Of a stretch of DNA of 64,000 nt, positions 22,764 through 33,350 are shown one piece after another (position 1 is the first letter of the stretch; every line of letters starts with the position of its first letter). The notes beneath the pieces are model-generated. The model was given only the letters and a program-made list of their open reading frames with translations, was not told the origin of the DNA and searched no databases. Origin of the DNA: an uncultured bacterium (GTDB lineage: Bacteria > Desulfobacterota > Deferrimicrobia > Deferrimicrobiales > Deferrimicrobiaceae); the NCBI GenBank assembly GCA_963764045.1, contig CAVXQW010000003.1, positions 72,762 to 136,761 of the forward strand, written 5' to 3'. Made by a program: the position numbers and the translations under genes.

Positions 22764-22928
22764 CGCCCCGGCCGTTCCGCGGGTTTCCCGCGTGATCTCA
22801 TGTGTCGAATCCCATGTTTCCATGGCGTGAGCTTCATCGCCCGGGGATCATCGCCACGAAAAACCGGCGGGCGGAGATGGGACGCAGGGGATCGGCGATG
22901 GTAAGATGGATCTTCGTTGATACAATCC

Positions 22929-24978
22929 ATGGAGGTCACCTTGGAGAACAACGCGCTCGCGCTGCGGGCGATCAACACCATCCGGTTCCTGGCGGTCGAC
23001 GCGGTCCAGAAGGCGAAGTCGGGGCACCCCGGCACGCCGATGGGACTGGCGCCGCTGTCGTACCTGCTGTGGACGAACTATCTGCGGTACAACCCGGCGA
23101 ATCCCGATTGGGCCGGACGCGACCGGTTCATCCTCTCCTGCGGCCATGCCTCCATGCTCCTCTACTCCCTGCTCCACCTCACGGGGTTCGATGTGACCCT
23201 CGACGACCTGCGGGAGTTCCGGCAGTGGGGGAGCAGGACCCCCGGGCACCCCGAGGCGGGGCACACCCCGGGCGTCGAGGTGACCACGGGACCGTTGGGC
23301 CAGGGGCTCGGGAACGCGGTCGGGATGGCGATGGCCTCCCGGATCATGGCGCAGCGGTTCAACCGCCCCGGACACGAGATCGTCTCCCATCGGATCGTGG
23401 CGCTGTGCTCCGACGGCGACCTGATGGAAGGGGTCGCCTCCGAGGCGGCATCCCTGGCCGGATTCCAAAGACTTGGAAACCTCGTTGTGTTCTACGACAA
23501 CAACCGGATCACGATCGAGGGGTCCACGGACCTCGCTTTCCGCGAGGACGTGGGGGGTCGCTTCCGGGCGTACGGGTGGAACGTGCTGAACGTCGAGGAC
23601 GGGAACACGGATCTCGCCGGGTTATCGGCGGCGATCGAGGTGGCGTTCCGTGAGAGGGAGCGCCCCACCCTCGTGATCGTTCGGACGAGCATCGGGTACG
23701 GCAGCCCCAACAAGCAGGACACCGCGGCCGCGCACGGGGCGCCGCTGGGGGAGGCCGAAGTCGCCCTCGCGAAGGAACGCCTCGGTTGGCCCGCCGCCCC
23801 GACCTTCCTCGTGCCCGACGACGTCCTCGCCCATTTCCGGGAGGCGCTGGCGCGCGGGGAGAAGGCGGAGAAGGCGTGGCGGATGAAGTTCGCCGCGTAC
23901 GCCGCGGCGTTCCCGGCGCTCGCCCTCGAATGGGAGCGGCGGTCATGGGGCGATCTCCCCGAGGGATGGGCGGAGGGGATCCCGACATTTCCGCCCGAGG
24001 CCGGCGCGATGGCCACCCGGAGCGCGTCCGGCAAGGTGCTGAACGCGATCGCCGCGAAGGTGCCGGAGCTTGCCGGAGGGTCGGCGGACCTTTCCCCTTC
24101 GACGGATACGGTGATCAAGGGCGGTGGCGAATTTCTTCCCGACGCCGACCCGGGCGGGCGGAACGTCCATTTCGGGGTGCGCGAGCACGGGATGGGGGCG
24201 GTCCTCAACGGGATGGCGCGGCACGGCGGGGTGATCCCGTACGGCGCCACCTTCTTCATCTTCTCGGACTACATGCGTCCTTCCATCCGCCTGGCGGCGC
24301 TGACGGGATGCCGCGTCGTCTACGTATTTACACACGACTCCATCGGCGTGGGGGAGGACGGCCCGACGCACCAGCCGGTCGAACACCTCGCGTCGCTTCG
24401 GGCGATGCCGAACCTTCACGTCGTCCGGCCCGCGGACGCGAACGAGACGGCGGCGGCGTGGCGGATGGCGCTGGAGCGGACCACGGGTCCCACGGCGCTC
24501 GTCCTCTCGCGGCAGAAACTCCCGGTCCTCCCTCCTTCGAGCGTGTTCCGCGACGACGGCGTATACCGCGGAGCCTACGTGCTGGAAGACGCGGGGAACG
24601 GCCGTCCCGACGTCCTGCTGATCGCCACGGGGTCCGAGGTGTCCGTGGCGCTGGCGGCAAGGAAGCTGCTGGCGGAAGAGGGAGTGCCGGCGCGCGTGGT
24701 GAGCATGCCGTGCTGGGAACGGTTCGAGGAGCAGGAGGCGGGGTACCGGGATGCGGTCCTCCCCCCGTCGGTTCCCGCCCGCGTTTCCGTGGAGGCGGGG
24801 TCTGACATTCGGTTGGGAGCGGTACGTGGGGGATCGCGGCGCGTCGGTCGGGATCGACCGGTTCGGCGCTTCTGCGCCGGCCGAGCGGATCTTCCGTGAA
24901 CTGGGGATCACGCCGGAGGCGGTGCGGGACAGGGCGAAGTCGGTCCTTGCGGCGATCCGGAAAGGAGTCCGGACATGA
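22929..24978 (+). CDS. tkt: Transketolase with a frame break near 24797-24801
   Basis: ORF 22917..24899, with ATG 22929. It has [11 protein letters not shown] and GDLMEG, and a C-terminal [14 protein letters not shown]. The last 60 aa or so ([10 protein letters not shown]...[10 protein letters not shown]) are in the ORF 24751..24978 frame. Confidence 0.9.
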
Positions 24979-26111
24979 AGACGAATCCATTGGTTGCATT
25001 GGGCCGGGCAGGCCAGAGCCCCTGGATCGACTACATCCACCGGGGGATGATCGCGTCCGGCGAGCTTGCCCGGCGGATCGAGGAGGACGGCATCCGGGGC
25101 GTGACCTCCAACCCGACGATCTTCGAGAAGGCGGTCTCCTCCGGGCGCGACTACGAGAACCAGATCCTTGCGCTCGCGCGCGCGGGTGCGACGCTCCTCG
25201 ATGCGTACAAGGCGATCGTCACCGACGACATCCGGGCCGCCGCCGACGTGCTGCGCCCCGTGTACGACGCTTCCCGGGGGGACGACGGGTACGTATCGCT
25301 CGAGGTCGACCCGGACCTGGCGCGCGACACGAAGGCGACGATCGCCCGGGCGCGGGAGCTGTTCGACGCCGTCGGCCGGCCGAACGTGATGATCAAGATT
25401 CCCGGCACGAAGGAAGGGCTTCCGGCCGTGGAGGAGACGATCGCCGCGGGGATCCCGGTGAACGTGACGCTGATCTTCTCGGTGAGGCGATACGAGGAAG
25501 TGGCCGCCGCCTACCTGCGCGGCGTGGAGCGGTGGATCGATTCCGGGGGGGATCCCCGGAAGGTCGCGTCGGTCGCCTCTTTCTTCGTTTCCCGGATCGA
25601 CACGGCGGTAGACTCCCTGCTCCTGTCCACGGTGGAGCGGTGGCCCGGCTCGCCGAAGGCCGAGACCGCCCTCTCCCTCCTCGGGAAGACGGCGGTGGCC
25701 AATGCGCGGATGGCGTATTCGAGGTTCCTCGCGATCTCCGATACGCCTCGGTGGCGCTCGCTTGCGGCGCGCGGCGCGCGGGTGCAGCGTCCCCTATGGG
25801 CGAGCACCGGAACGAAGAACCCGAAATACTCCGACGTGAAGTACGTCGAGGAACTGATCGGACCCGACACGGTGAACACCATGCCGCCGCAGACGATGGA
25901 CGCCTTCCGGGACCACGGCAGGGTGGCCGACACCTTGTCCGGCGCGGGGGCGGGCGCGAAGGCGGTCCTCGACGACTACGCGCTGATGGAAACAGGAATC
26001 GAAGAGGTGTGCGCCCGCCTGGAGGAAGAGGGGGTGAAGAGCTTCCTCGACTCGTACCGGAAACTTCTTGCCGCGGTAAAGGGACGGCTGACCGCCGCCA
26101 CGGGCGGATGA
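24975..26111 (+). CDS. tal: Transaldolase (long form)
   Basis: ORF 24975..26111 has GQSPWIDYI, GVTSNPTIFEKA and MIKIPGT (catalytic Lys). Its start overlaps the tkt stop. Confidence 0.9.
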   Translation: MKTNPLVALGRAGQSPWIDYIHRGMIASGELARRIEEDGIRGVTSNPTIFEKAVSSGRDYENQILALARAGATLLDAYKAIVTDDIRAAADVLRPVYDASRGDDGYVSLEVDPDLARDTKATIARARELFDAVGRPNVMIKIPGTKEGLPAVEETIAAGIPVNVTLIFSVRRYEEVAAAYLRGVERWIDSGGDPRKVASVASFFVSRIDTAVDSLLLSTVERWPGSPKAETALSLLGKTAVANARMAYSRFLAISDTPRWRSLAARGARVQRPLWASTGTKNPKYSDVKYVEELIGPDTVNTMPPQTMDAFRDHGRVADTLSGAGAGAKAVLDDYALMETGIEEVCARLEEEGVKSFLDSYRKLLAAVKGRLTAATGG

Positions 26112-27112
26112 TCCTCGCGGGCGACGTCGGCGGGACGAAGACCAACCTCGCGATCTACCGGCAGGAGGCGCGGGGGCTACTCCGCATTCGGATGGCTACC
26201 TATCGAAGCCAGGAGCACGCGAGTCTCGATCCGATCCTGCGCGACTTCCTGGGCGCGGGAGCCACGGTCGAGCGTGCGTGCATCGGGGTGGCGGGACCCG
26301 TCGAGAGCGGCCGCTGCCGGCTGACGAATCTCGACTGGGAAGTGGACGAGGCGTCCCTGCGCCGGATCCTGGGGGTGCGCGAAGCGTACCTCGTCAACGA
26401 CCTGCAGGCGACCGCTTCCTCCCTCCCGTTCCTGCAGAAATCGGACCGGGCGACGATCCGGGATGGGGCGTCCGACCCGCGGGGGAACATGGCGGTCCTT
26501 GCCGCGGGAACGGGGTTGGGGGAGGGGTTTCTCGTCGAGTCCGGCGCCGGGTACATCCCGTTTCCCTCGGAAGGGGGCCACGTCGATTTCGCGCCGCGGG
26601 ACGACCGGGAGATCCGGCTACACGCCTTCCTGCGGGCGAAGTACGGCCACGTGAGCGTGGAACGTGTCCTGTCGGGTCCCGGGCTGCACGACATCTACCG
26701 GTTTCTCCTCGCAGAGGAACGGATGGCGGAGGAGCCGGGCATCGCGGCGGAGATCGCCGACAAAGAACCCCAGCGGGCCATCGTGCGGCGCGGGCTTGCC
26801 GGGGGACCAGGGACGTGCGCCGAAACGCTTCGCATCTTCTGCTCCCTCTACGGGGCGGAGGCGGGGAACCTGGCACTGCAATACCTTGCGACCGGGGGGG
26901 TGTACCTTGGCGGCGGGATCGCTCCGGCGATCCTTCCCGCGCTCCTGAGGGGGGAATTCCTGTCGGCCTTTCTCGACAAGGGGCGGATGCGGAACCTTCT
27001 TTCCGGCGTCCCGGTGATGGTCATCCTCGACCCCACGGCCCCGCTGCTAGGCGCGGCTACGTTCGCGGCGGCGGGCGGGGTGCTCTCCCGCCGGCCCGGT
27101 TCCCGTTCCTGA
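26108..27112 (+). CDS. glk: Glucokinase
   Basis: ATG 26108 overlaps the tal stop (ATGA). It starts MILAGDVGGTKTNLAIY and has NDLQA, GTGLG and GGGIA motifs. It is in the ORF 24896..27112 frame. Confidence 0.9.
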   Translation: MILAGDVGGTKTNLAIYRQEARGLLRIRMATYRSQEHASLDPILRDFLGAGATVERACIGVAGPVESGRCRLTNLDWEVDEASLRRILGVREAYLVNDLQATASSLPFLQKSDRATIRDGASDPRGNMAVLAAGTGLGEGFLVESGAGYIPFPSEGGHVDFAPRDDREIRLHAFLRAKYGHVSVERVLSGPGLHDIYRFLLAEERMAEEPGIAAEIADKEPQRAIVRRGLAGGPGTCAETLRIFCSLYGAEAGNLALQYLATGGVYLGGGIAPAILPALLRGEFLSAFLDKGRMRNLLSGVPVMVILDPTAPLLGAATFAAAGGVLSRRPGSRS

Positions 27113-27132
27113 CCTGATTCGTGGAGGCGTCG

Positions 27133-29184
27133 ATGGGTAAGGCGATCCCGTTTCCCGTGGGCTCCCAGAAGGGGATCGGGTTTCCTTCGAGGGACGTCCC
27201 GATTTCGGCCGTGCCGCGGATCGCGCGGATCTGCGCCCTGGGGCTGGCCTTCGACGAACTCCTGGACGAGGTATGCCGGGAGATCCTCGCCTTGAGCGGC
27301 GCCGACGGCGGTTGCCTCTTTCTGAGTCCCCGGGACGAGCGTTCCGATACGTTTTCGCCGGTGGCGGAGTCGGGGACGCATCCCGACGTCGGCAAGGCGT
27401 ATCGTCCCGGCCCGGACCTCGAGCGTCTGCTCGACCGGATGCGGACGGAGGGGAAGATCCAGGCCGACGATCTCTCTCTCCTCCCGGCATCGGATCCGTT
27501 GAAGCGGCTGCTCGATCCGTATCCCGTCCGTTCGGCGCTGCTGACACCACTCCGGTTCGGAACCCGCCTGCTCGGGTTTATGGCCCTGCACGTCTCCGGT
27601 GAGCCGAAGCCGTGGGGGGACGAAGTGCTGTCCGCAATGGACATGGTGGCGGTGATCCTCTCCGCGGCGCTGGAACGCCGCCGGGCCGAGGACCGTCTGC
27701 GCGCGTCCGAAGAGCGATACCGGTTCCTGACGGAGCACTCCCCCGACCTCATCACCCTTCACGACGCGACGGGACGCATCCTCTACGCGAGTCCGGCGTC
27801 CCTTACGATGCTGGGAGTCCGCCCGGAGCTGATGAGCGGCTCGCCCCTCGAGGGGTTCCTTCACCCCGACGATGCCGGGAAGGTCGTCGCGGAGATTGGT
27901 CTCACGGCCGGCGGAGAGAAACCGGACGCGTCCCTCCCGTACCGGATGCGGGGCGCCGGCGGACATGTCGTGGACGTTGAGTCGTCGTCGACGTCGTTCC
28001 CGGAAGGTCCGGAAGGGGACCGTCGCGTCCTCCGTGTTACGCGCGACATCTCCGGGAGAAGAAAAATGGAGGCGCGACTCGCCGAGAGTCAGACGCTCTC
28101 CACGGTCGGGATGCTCGCCGGCGGGGTCGCCCACGAGTTCAATAACGCTCTCGCCGGGATCCAGGGCGCCGTCGAGCTGCTTTCGATGCACGCCGGGGGG
28201 ACCCCCCAGGCCCGCCAGTACCTCGACGTGATCCGGCGAATGGCGAACCGCGCCACGGAGTTGACCCGGCAGCTCCTTGCGTACTCCCGCCAGGGAAAAT
28301 ACACGCCCGTTTCGATCCCGCTTGCGCGTGTACTTTCGGAAACCTTGCCGACGATACGGGCGTCCCTCCCTCCCGGGGTCGAGTTCTCCGTGGAATGCGG
28401 CGACGCGCTTCCGCCGGTCCATGTGGACATCGCCCAGATGAACCAGGTCGTGATGGGGCTTTGCCTGAACGCCGCGGAGGCGATGCCGGACGGCGGCCGG
28501 CTCTCGGTCCGGACGTATTCCGAACCGGGGGACGGACGTGTCGTTCTCGAGGTATCCGACACGGGCCCCGGGATCGACGCCAGGACGATGGCCCGCATCT
28601 TCGAACCGTTCTTCACCACGAAGGGCGTCGGCCGTGGGATGGGGCTTGCGGCGATCCGGGGGATCGTCGACAACCACAGCGGCGAGATCCGTGTTGCCTC
28701 CCTGGAAGGGAAGGGGACCACGTGTACCGTCCTTCTTCCGGCGAGCGCCATCCCCGCGGCGGCGGAGCAGCCCTTCGCGGAGGGCCAGTCGGCGGGCGGC
28801 GGGAGGGTGCTGCTGGCCGACGACGAGGAGGACGTGCGAGGAGTGGTCCACGCGATGCTCGAAACCCTCGGGTACGAGGTGATCGAGGCCCGGGATGGAC
28901 TCGAGGCGGTGGAGATATTCCGTCGCCATGCCGCGGAAATCGATCTCGTGATCCTCGACCTCGTGATGCCCCGCCTGACGGGGGAGGCCGCCCTGGGGCA
29001 GATACGGCGAATCGCGCCGTCGGTCCCCGCGATCCTGGTCAGCGGGTACGACGAGAGCGGCCGAATCAGCGAGATCGTCGCCGCGGGGTTCGGCGGCTTC
29101 CTCCAGAAACCGTTCCGGCGGCAGGACCTCGGGAAGAAGGTGCGGGAACTCCTCGGCGTTTCGGACGGCCCCACGGCGGAATGA
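27133..29184 (+). CDS. Hybrid sensor histidine kinase (GAF-PAS-HisKA-HATPase-REC)
   Basis: ORF 27121..29184 has the H-box GGVAHEFNNALAGI, an N/G box (DTGPGID, GRGMGLA) and a receiver domain (VLLADDEEDV ... DLVILDLVMP). Confidence 0.85.
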   Translation: MGKAIPFPVGSQKGIGFPSRDVPISAVPRIARICALGLAFDELLDEVCREILALSGADGGCLFLSPRDERSDTFSPVAESGTHPDVGKAYRPGPDLERLLDRMRTEGKIQADDLSLLPASDPLKRLLDPYPVRSALLTPLRFGTRLLGFMALHVSGEPKPWGDEVLSAMDMVAVILSAALERRRAEDRLRASEERYRFLTEHSPDLITLHDATGRILYASPASLTMLGVRPELMSGSPLEGFLHPDDAGKVVAEIGLTAGGEKPDASLPYRMRGAGGHVVDVESSSTSFPEGPEGDRRVLRVTRDISGRRKMEARLAESQTLSTVGMLAGGVAHEFNNALAGIQGAVELLSMHAGGTPQARQYLDVIRRMANRATELTRQLLAYSRQGKYTPVSIPLARVLSETLPTIRASLPPGVEFSVECGDALPPVHVDIAQMNQVVMGLCLNAAEAMPDGGRLSVRTYSEPGDGRVVLEVSDTGPGIDARTMARIFEPFFTTKGVGRGMGLAAIRGIVDNHSGEIRVASLEGKGTTCTVLLPASAIPAAAEQPFAEGQSAGGGRVLLADDEEDVRGVVHAMLETLGYEVIEARDGLEAVEIFRRHAAEIDLVILDLVMPRLTGEAALGQIRRIAPSVPAILVSGYDESGRISEIVAAGFGGFLQKPFRRQDLGKKVRELLGVSDGPTAE

Positions 29185-29187
29185 CGG

Positions 29188-30094
29188 ATGTTCCCCCCGG
29201 CGGTTTGCTCCCCTGCTCCTGGCGGCCTGTTTTCTTCTCGCCTGTTCTCCAAGATCGTATGTCGTATCCCGGATGGCCGACGCCGCCTCCTCCGGCGGGG
29301 ATGTCTTCGCGAGGGACGACGATCCGGATCTGGTGCGCGACGCGACTCCCTTCGCCCTCAAGGCGATGGAATCGCTCCTGGCGTCGACGCCGGAGAACAA
29401 GGGGTTGCTCACGGCGCTTTCCAAGGGATTCACCCAGTATACCGTCGCCTTCGTTCGCCAGGACGCCGAGGAGGCGAGGGATCCCGTGGCGCGCCAGGCG
29501 GGGCTGGAGCGTACCCGCAGGCTCCTGCTCCGCGCAAGGGGGTACGGTTTACGTGGCCTTTCGGTCGGCCGGGAGGGGTTCCCCTCCTTGTTGATCGCGG
29601 ATCCTTCCTCCGCCGCCGCGCGGGTCGGCGTGGAGGACGTCCCGCTGCTGTACTGGACGGGCGTCTCCTGGAGCCTGGCCGTGTCGACGTCGTCGGACGA
29701 TCCATCGCTGCTGGCCGACCTCCCGAGGATCGAGGCGATGATGCGAAGGGCGCTCGCGCTGGACGAGGGGTACGATGCCGGCGCGATCCACGAATATTTC
29801 GTCGCCTTCGAGGGAGGGCGTCCCGAGGCGATGGGAGGATCGATCGAGCGGGCGCGGCATCATATGGAACGGGCGATGGCGCTCTCCGCGGGAAAGAAGA
29901 TCTCCCCGTTGGTCACCTTCGCCGAGACGGTGTCGGTCCGGACCCAGGACCGGAAGGAATTCCTGATCCTTCTCGACCGCGCTCTTGCCTTCGACGCGCG
30001 GTCGGCGGCGCCGGAGTATCGGATGGCGAATCTCGTGTCCCAGCGCCGCGCGCGCTGGCTGAAAGGGAGAGTGGATGACCTGTTCCTCGATTAG
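29188..30094 (+). CDS. TatT-type TPR lipoprotein of a TRAP transporter, with a frame break in a C-run at 29193-29198
   Basis: ORF 29273..30094 (ATPFALKAMESLLASTPENKGLL...) resembles TRAP TatT components. Its frame read upstream gives RRFAPLLLAACFLLACSP (lipobox) but has no start codon. ATG 29188 joins that frame if one C of the C-run is removed. Confidence 0.7.
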
Positions 30095-30098
30095 TGCA

Positions 30099-30251
30099 GC
30101 GTCTCGCAAATATCCTGGCATTCGAGCGCCGCTGCATCCGCTCCAGCTTCGTTGCCCAAGTTCGCCGTACTCTCCCGGTACGCCTTCACTTGCGCGCCTT
30201 GCTGGCGCGGCGCATCGACGCTCTCGGTGCCTCAGGATATTTGCGAGACGC
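30099..30251 (+). repeat. 153-bp MITE-like element with perfect 19-bp terminal inverted repeats
   Basis: GCGTCTCGCAAATATCCTG at 30099-30117 has its exact reverse complement at 30233-30251. It sits between the tatT stop and the binding-protein start. Confidence 0.8.
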
Positions 30252-30281
30252 TACACTTGGCGTGCGGTGGCCGTTCTGTTG

Positions 30282-31283
30282 ATGGCGGGAGTCTCCCTGT
30301 TGGCGCCCGTGGGCGCGATGTCGGCGCCGATCGTCATCAAGATGGCGACGCTGGCTCCCGAGGGATCGTCGTGGTTCCGCGTTCTCCAGGACATGGGCGA
30401 GGAGTGGAGGAAGGCGTCCGACGGGGCGGTTACGCTGCGCATCTACCCGGGGGGCGTCGCCGGGGACGAGGACGCGATGATCCGGAAGATGCGGATCGGC
30501 CAGATCCAGGCGGCCGCGATCACCGGCATCGGGCTGGCATACCTCGAGCCCTCCTTCTACGCGCTGCACATCCCCATGATGTACGAATCCGACGAGGAGT
30601 TCGATTACGTTCGGGACCGGTATGCGCCCGTCCTCGAGCGGAAGATGGAGGAGAAAGGCTTCATCGTCCTGAACTGGGGCGACGCGGGGTGGGTCCACTT
30701 CTTTTCGAAGGATCCCGTGGTCACGCCCGCGGAAGCAAAGGCGCTCAAGCTTTTCCAGTGGTCGGGAGACACGAACCTGCTGCAGCTGTACAAGGAGACG
30801 GGGTTTCACCCCGTCCCCCTTTCCACGAATGACCTCCTCCCCGGCCTGCAGACGGGGATGGTCAACGGGTACGCGAGTACCCCGCTGGTGTCCCTGGCCT
30901 TCCAGTGGTTCGGCCTGGCGCCCAACATGGCGGACCTGCGGTACGCGCCGCTGACCGGGGCCACGGTGATCGAGAAGCGGGCGTGGGAGAAGATACCGCC
31001 GGGTCTGCGCCCGAAGCTTCTCGAGTCGTCCCGCCGGGCGGGGCTGCAGCTTCGCGCCGAGATCCGCCGCCTCAACCAGGAAGCAATCGCGGTGATGGTG
31101 AAGAACGGCCTCAAGATCCACAAGGTGCCGCCGGAGGTCCAGGCGCAGTGGCGGAAGATGGTGGAGGACAATTACCCGCGGATCCGCGGGGTGATCATGC
31201 CGGCGGAGGCGTTCGATACGGTGAAGAGGTACCGCGACGAGTACCGGGCCGCGCATCGCGGCGCGAAGGGCGAGGTCCGATAA
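30282..31283 (+). CDS. TRAP transporter substrate-binding protein (DctP family)
   Basis: The ORF 30075..31283 frame has the signal peptide MAGVSLLAPVGAMSA and the mature start PIVIKMATLAPEGSSW. GTG 30267 is an alternative start. Confidence 0.85.
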   Translation: MAGVSLLAPVGAMSAPIVIKMATLAPEGSSWFRVLQDMGEEWRKASDGAVTLRIYPGGVAGDEDAMIRKMRIGQIQAAAITGIGLAYLEPSFYALHIPMMYESDEEFDYVRDRYAPVLERKMEEKGFIVLNWGDAGWVHFFSKDPVVTPAEAKALKLFQWSGDTNLLQLYKETGFHPVPLSTNDLLPGLQTGMVNGYASTPLVSLAFQWFGLAPNMADLRYAPLTGATVIEKRAWEKIPPGLRPKLLESSRRAGLQLRAEIRRLNQEAIAVMVKNGLKIHKVPPEVQAQWRKMVEDNYPRIRGVIMPAEAFDTVKRYRDEYRAAHRGAKGEVR

Positions 31284-31334
31284 GCGTTGGAGCCGCCTCC
31301 CGAACTCGCGCTCTTGCCCCCCGGTCATCATGCT

Positions 31335-31371
31335 GCGGGGGTACCCCACCAGCGCGAATCTCGTAGTGGGG
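31335..31371 (+). repeat. Family 2 repeat (GGGGTACCCC-containing 37-mer)
   Basis: GCGGGGGTACCCCACCAGCGCGAATCTCGTAGTGGGG matches the reverse complement of 51646-51682 at 35 of 37 positions. Confidence 0.8.
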
Positions 31372-31397
31372 CGGGGGACCGTCCCCCGTTCACGCTC

Positions 31398-33176
31398 GTG
31401 GACCGCGTCGAGAACGCCATTTCGATCGGCCTCCTCGCCGGCATGGCGCTCCTTCCGATTCTCGAGATCGTCGGACGCCGCGTCTGGCGGACGGGTGTTC
31501 CCGGTTCTGCCACCCTCGTCCAGCATGCGACCCTGTGGATCGGACTGCTCGGCGGGGCGATCGCCGCACGGGACGGGCGGCTTCTTTCGATCGGCCATCT
31601 CGCGGACCGGTTCCGCGAGCCGTACCGGGGAGTTCTGTCCGCTTTCGTCGCGGCGGTCTCCGCCGCCGTCTCGCTCCTGCTCGCCGGGTCGGGTCTCCAG
31701 CTGGTCCGGGCGGAGTGGGTCGACCGTCATTTCGTCGTTCCGTTCCTCCCTCTATGGGTGGCGGAAGGCGTGATCCCGGTGGGCTTCGCCCTCATCGCGT
31801 GGCGGCTCGTGCGGCGTGCGCAGGGAAGCGTGTTGATACGGATGGTCATCGCGGCCTGCGCGGTCGCCGGCGTGGCGTTCGTCTCCTCGGGATTCCTTCT
31901 CGATAGCGTCCCGTTCGCGGCGTCGATCGCGGTCCTCCTCCTGGCAGTGGTCCTCGGAGCGCCACTCTTCGTCGTCCTCGGAGGTCTCGCGGTCCTCTTT
32001 TTCCGGCATGAGGACGTACCGCTTGCGTCCATCTCCGCGGAGATCTATCGGATCGTAACGTCCCCCACGCTCCCCACCATCCCGCTGTTCGGTTTCGCGG
32101 GGTACATACTCACGGTCGGAAACGTCTCCCGGCGGCTGGTGCGCTTCTTCCGCGCGATCGTCGGCTGGATGCCCGGCGGGATCGCCGTGGTCACGGTGCT
32201 GGCGTGCACCTTCTTCACGACCTTCACCGGCGCCTCAGGGGTCACGATCGTGGCGCTGGGAGGGATCCTGCTGCCCGCGCTCATCGTGGAGCGGTACCCG
32301 GAGAGGTTTTCCCTCGGCCTTCTCACCTCGTCCGGGTCCCTCGGGCTCCTGTTCCCCCCCTGCCTGCCGGTGATCCTGTACGCGGTCGTCGCGGGAATCG
32401 CGGTGGACAAGATGTTCCTCGGAGGATTTCTCCCCGGAATCCTGCTTATGTTGATCATGTCGGGGTGGGCCGTCCTCGGGGGGGTGCGCGCGGGGGCGCG
32501 GCGGACGCCATTTTCCTGGAAGGAACTGGGCGCGGCGGCGTGGGTGGCGAAGTGGGACCTTCTTCTCCCCGTGATCGTGCTGGTGGGCATATTCGGGGGG
32601 GTGGCGACCACTGTCGAGGCGGCGGCGATGACGGTCCTTTACGCCATCGGCACCGAAGTGTTCGTGCACCGGGACACGGGATTCCGGCGTCTCCTGTCCG
32701 AAGCGGGGACGGAAACCTCCCGGCTCGTCGGCGGGTTCCTCCTCCTCCTCGCGGCGGCCACGGGCCTGACGGGCTACATGGTCGACGCGGGGGTCCCGCA
32801 GATCCTCTTTGAATGGGTCCGCTCGACGATCGATTCCCGTTTCACCTTTCTCCTCGTCTTGAACGTGTTCCTGCTTTTTGTCGGGGCTTTCATGCACATC
32901 TTCTCGGCGATCGTGATCGTGGTCCCGATCATCGCTCCGCTCGCCGCGGCGTTCGGGATTCACCCCGTCCACCTCGGGATCATCTTCCTCGCGAACCTCG
33001 AACTCGGCTTCCTGTTGCCCCCCGTGGGGATGAATCTCTTCATGTCCGCGTACCGGTTCGAAAAGCCGTTCGGCGAGGTGTGCCGCGCGGTCCTCCCCTT
33101 CCTGCTCCTGCTGATGGCGGGTGTCCTCGCCATCACGTACATCCCCTGGCTCACGACCGCCCTGCTGCCGAAGTAG
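31398..33176 (+). CDS. TRAP transporter fused small/large permease (DctQ-DctM)
   Basis: The ORF 31287..33176 frame. The first 35 codons or so of the track ORF run through the repeat, so GTG 31398 (VDRVENAISIGLLAG) is preferred. It is a polytopic membrane protein of about 590 aa. Confidence 0.85.
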   Translation: MDRVENAISIGLLAGMALLPILEIVGRRVWRTGVPGSATLVQHATLWIGLLGGAIAARDGRLLSIGHLADRFREPYRGVLSAFVAAVSAAVSLLLAGSGLQLVRAEWVDRHFVVPFLPLWVAEGVIPVGFALIAWRLVRRAQGSVLIRMVIAACAVAGVAFVSSGFLLDSVPFAASIAVLLLAVVLGAPLFVVLGGLAVLFFRHEDVPLASISAEIYRIVTSPTLPTIPLFGFAGYILTVGNVSRRLVRFFRAIVGWMPGGIAVVTVLACTFFTTFTGASGVTIVALGGILLPALIVERYPERFSLGLLTSSGSLGLLFPPCLPVILYAVVAGIAVDKMFLGGFLPGILLMLIMSGWAVLGGVRAGARRTPFSWKELGAAAWVAKWDLLLPVIVLVGIFGGVATTVEAAAMTVLYAIGTEVFVHRDTGFRRLLSEAGTETSRLVGGFLLLLAAATGLTGYMVDAGVPQILFEWVRSTIDSRFTFLLVLNVFLLFVGAFMHIFSAIVIVVPIIAPLAAAFGIHPVHLGIIFLANLELGFLLPPVGMNLFMSAYRFEKPFGEVCRAVLPFLLLLMAGVLAITYIPWLTTALLPK

Positions 33177-33190
33177 CTCGGGGAGGGTTT

Positions 33191-33300
33191 GGCTGCGTCG
33201 CCTCGGAGGGCGGGGCTCCGTTCGTGGCTCGCCGTGCGGTGAACCTGCACGGCTGCGCGTTTACCTCACTGCGCCCCCCCTCCTGCGGCGACTCCGCCGG
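33191..33300 (+). repeat. Family 1 repeat, copy C (full length)
   Basis: GGCTGCGTCGCCTCGGAGGGCGGGGCTCCGTTCGTGGCTCGCCGTGCGGTGAACCTGCACGGCTGCGCGTTTACCTCACTGCGCCCCCCCTCCTGCGGCGACTCCGCCGG. Confidence 0.85.
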
Positions 33301-33350
33301 GAACGTGCTATAGTGTTGCCGATTCACCCACCCACCCCAAGGAGTGTGCG

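Noticed and set aside
19194-22823. A 1209-aa minus-strand ORF that might be taken for one giant protein.
   Set aside because: Only its middle part (from ATG 22124 down to about 20800) is aconitase. The upstream part is antisense to mntP and the downstream part is out-of-frame acnA sequence. The real gene is acnA with one frame break.
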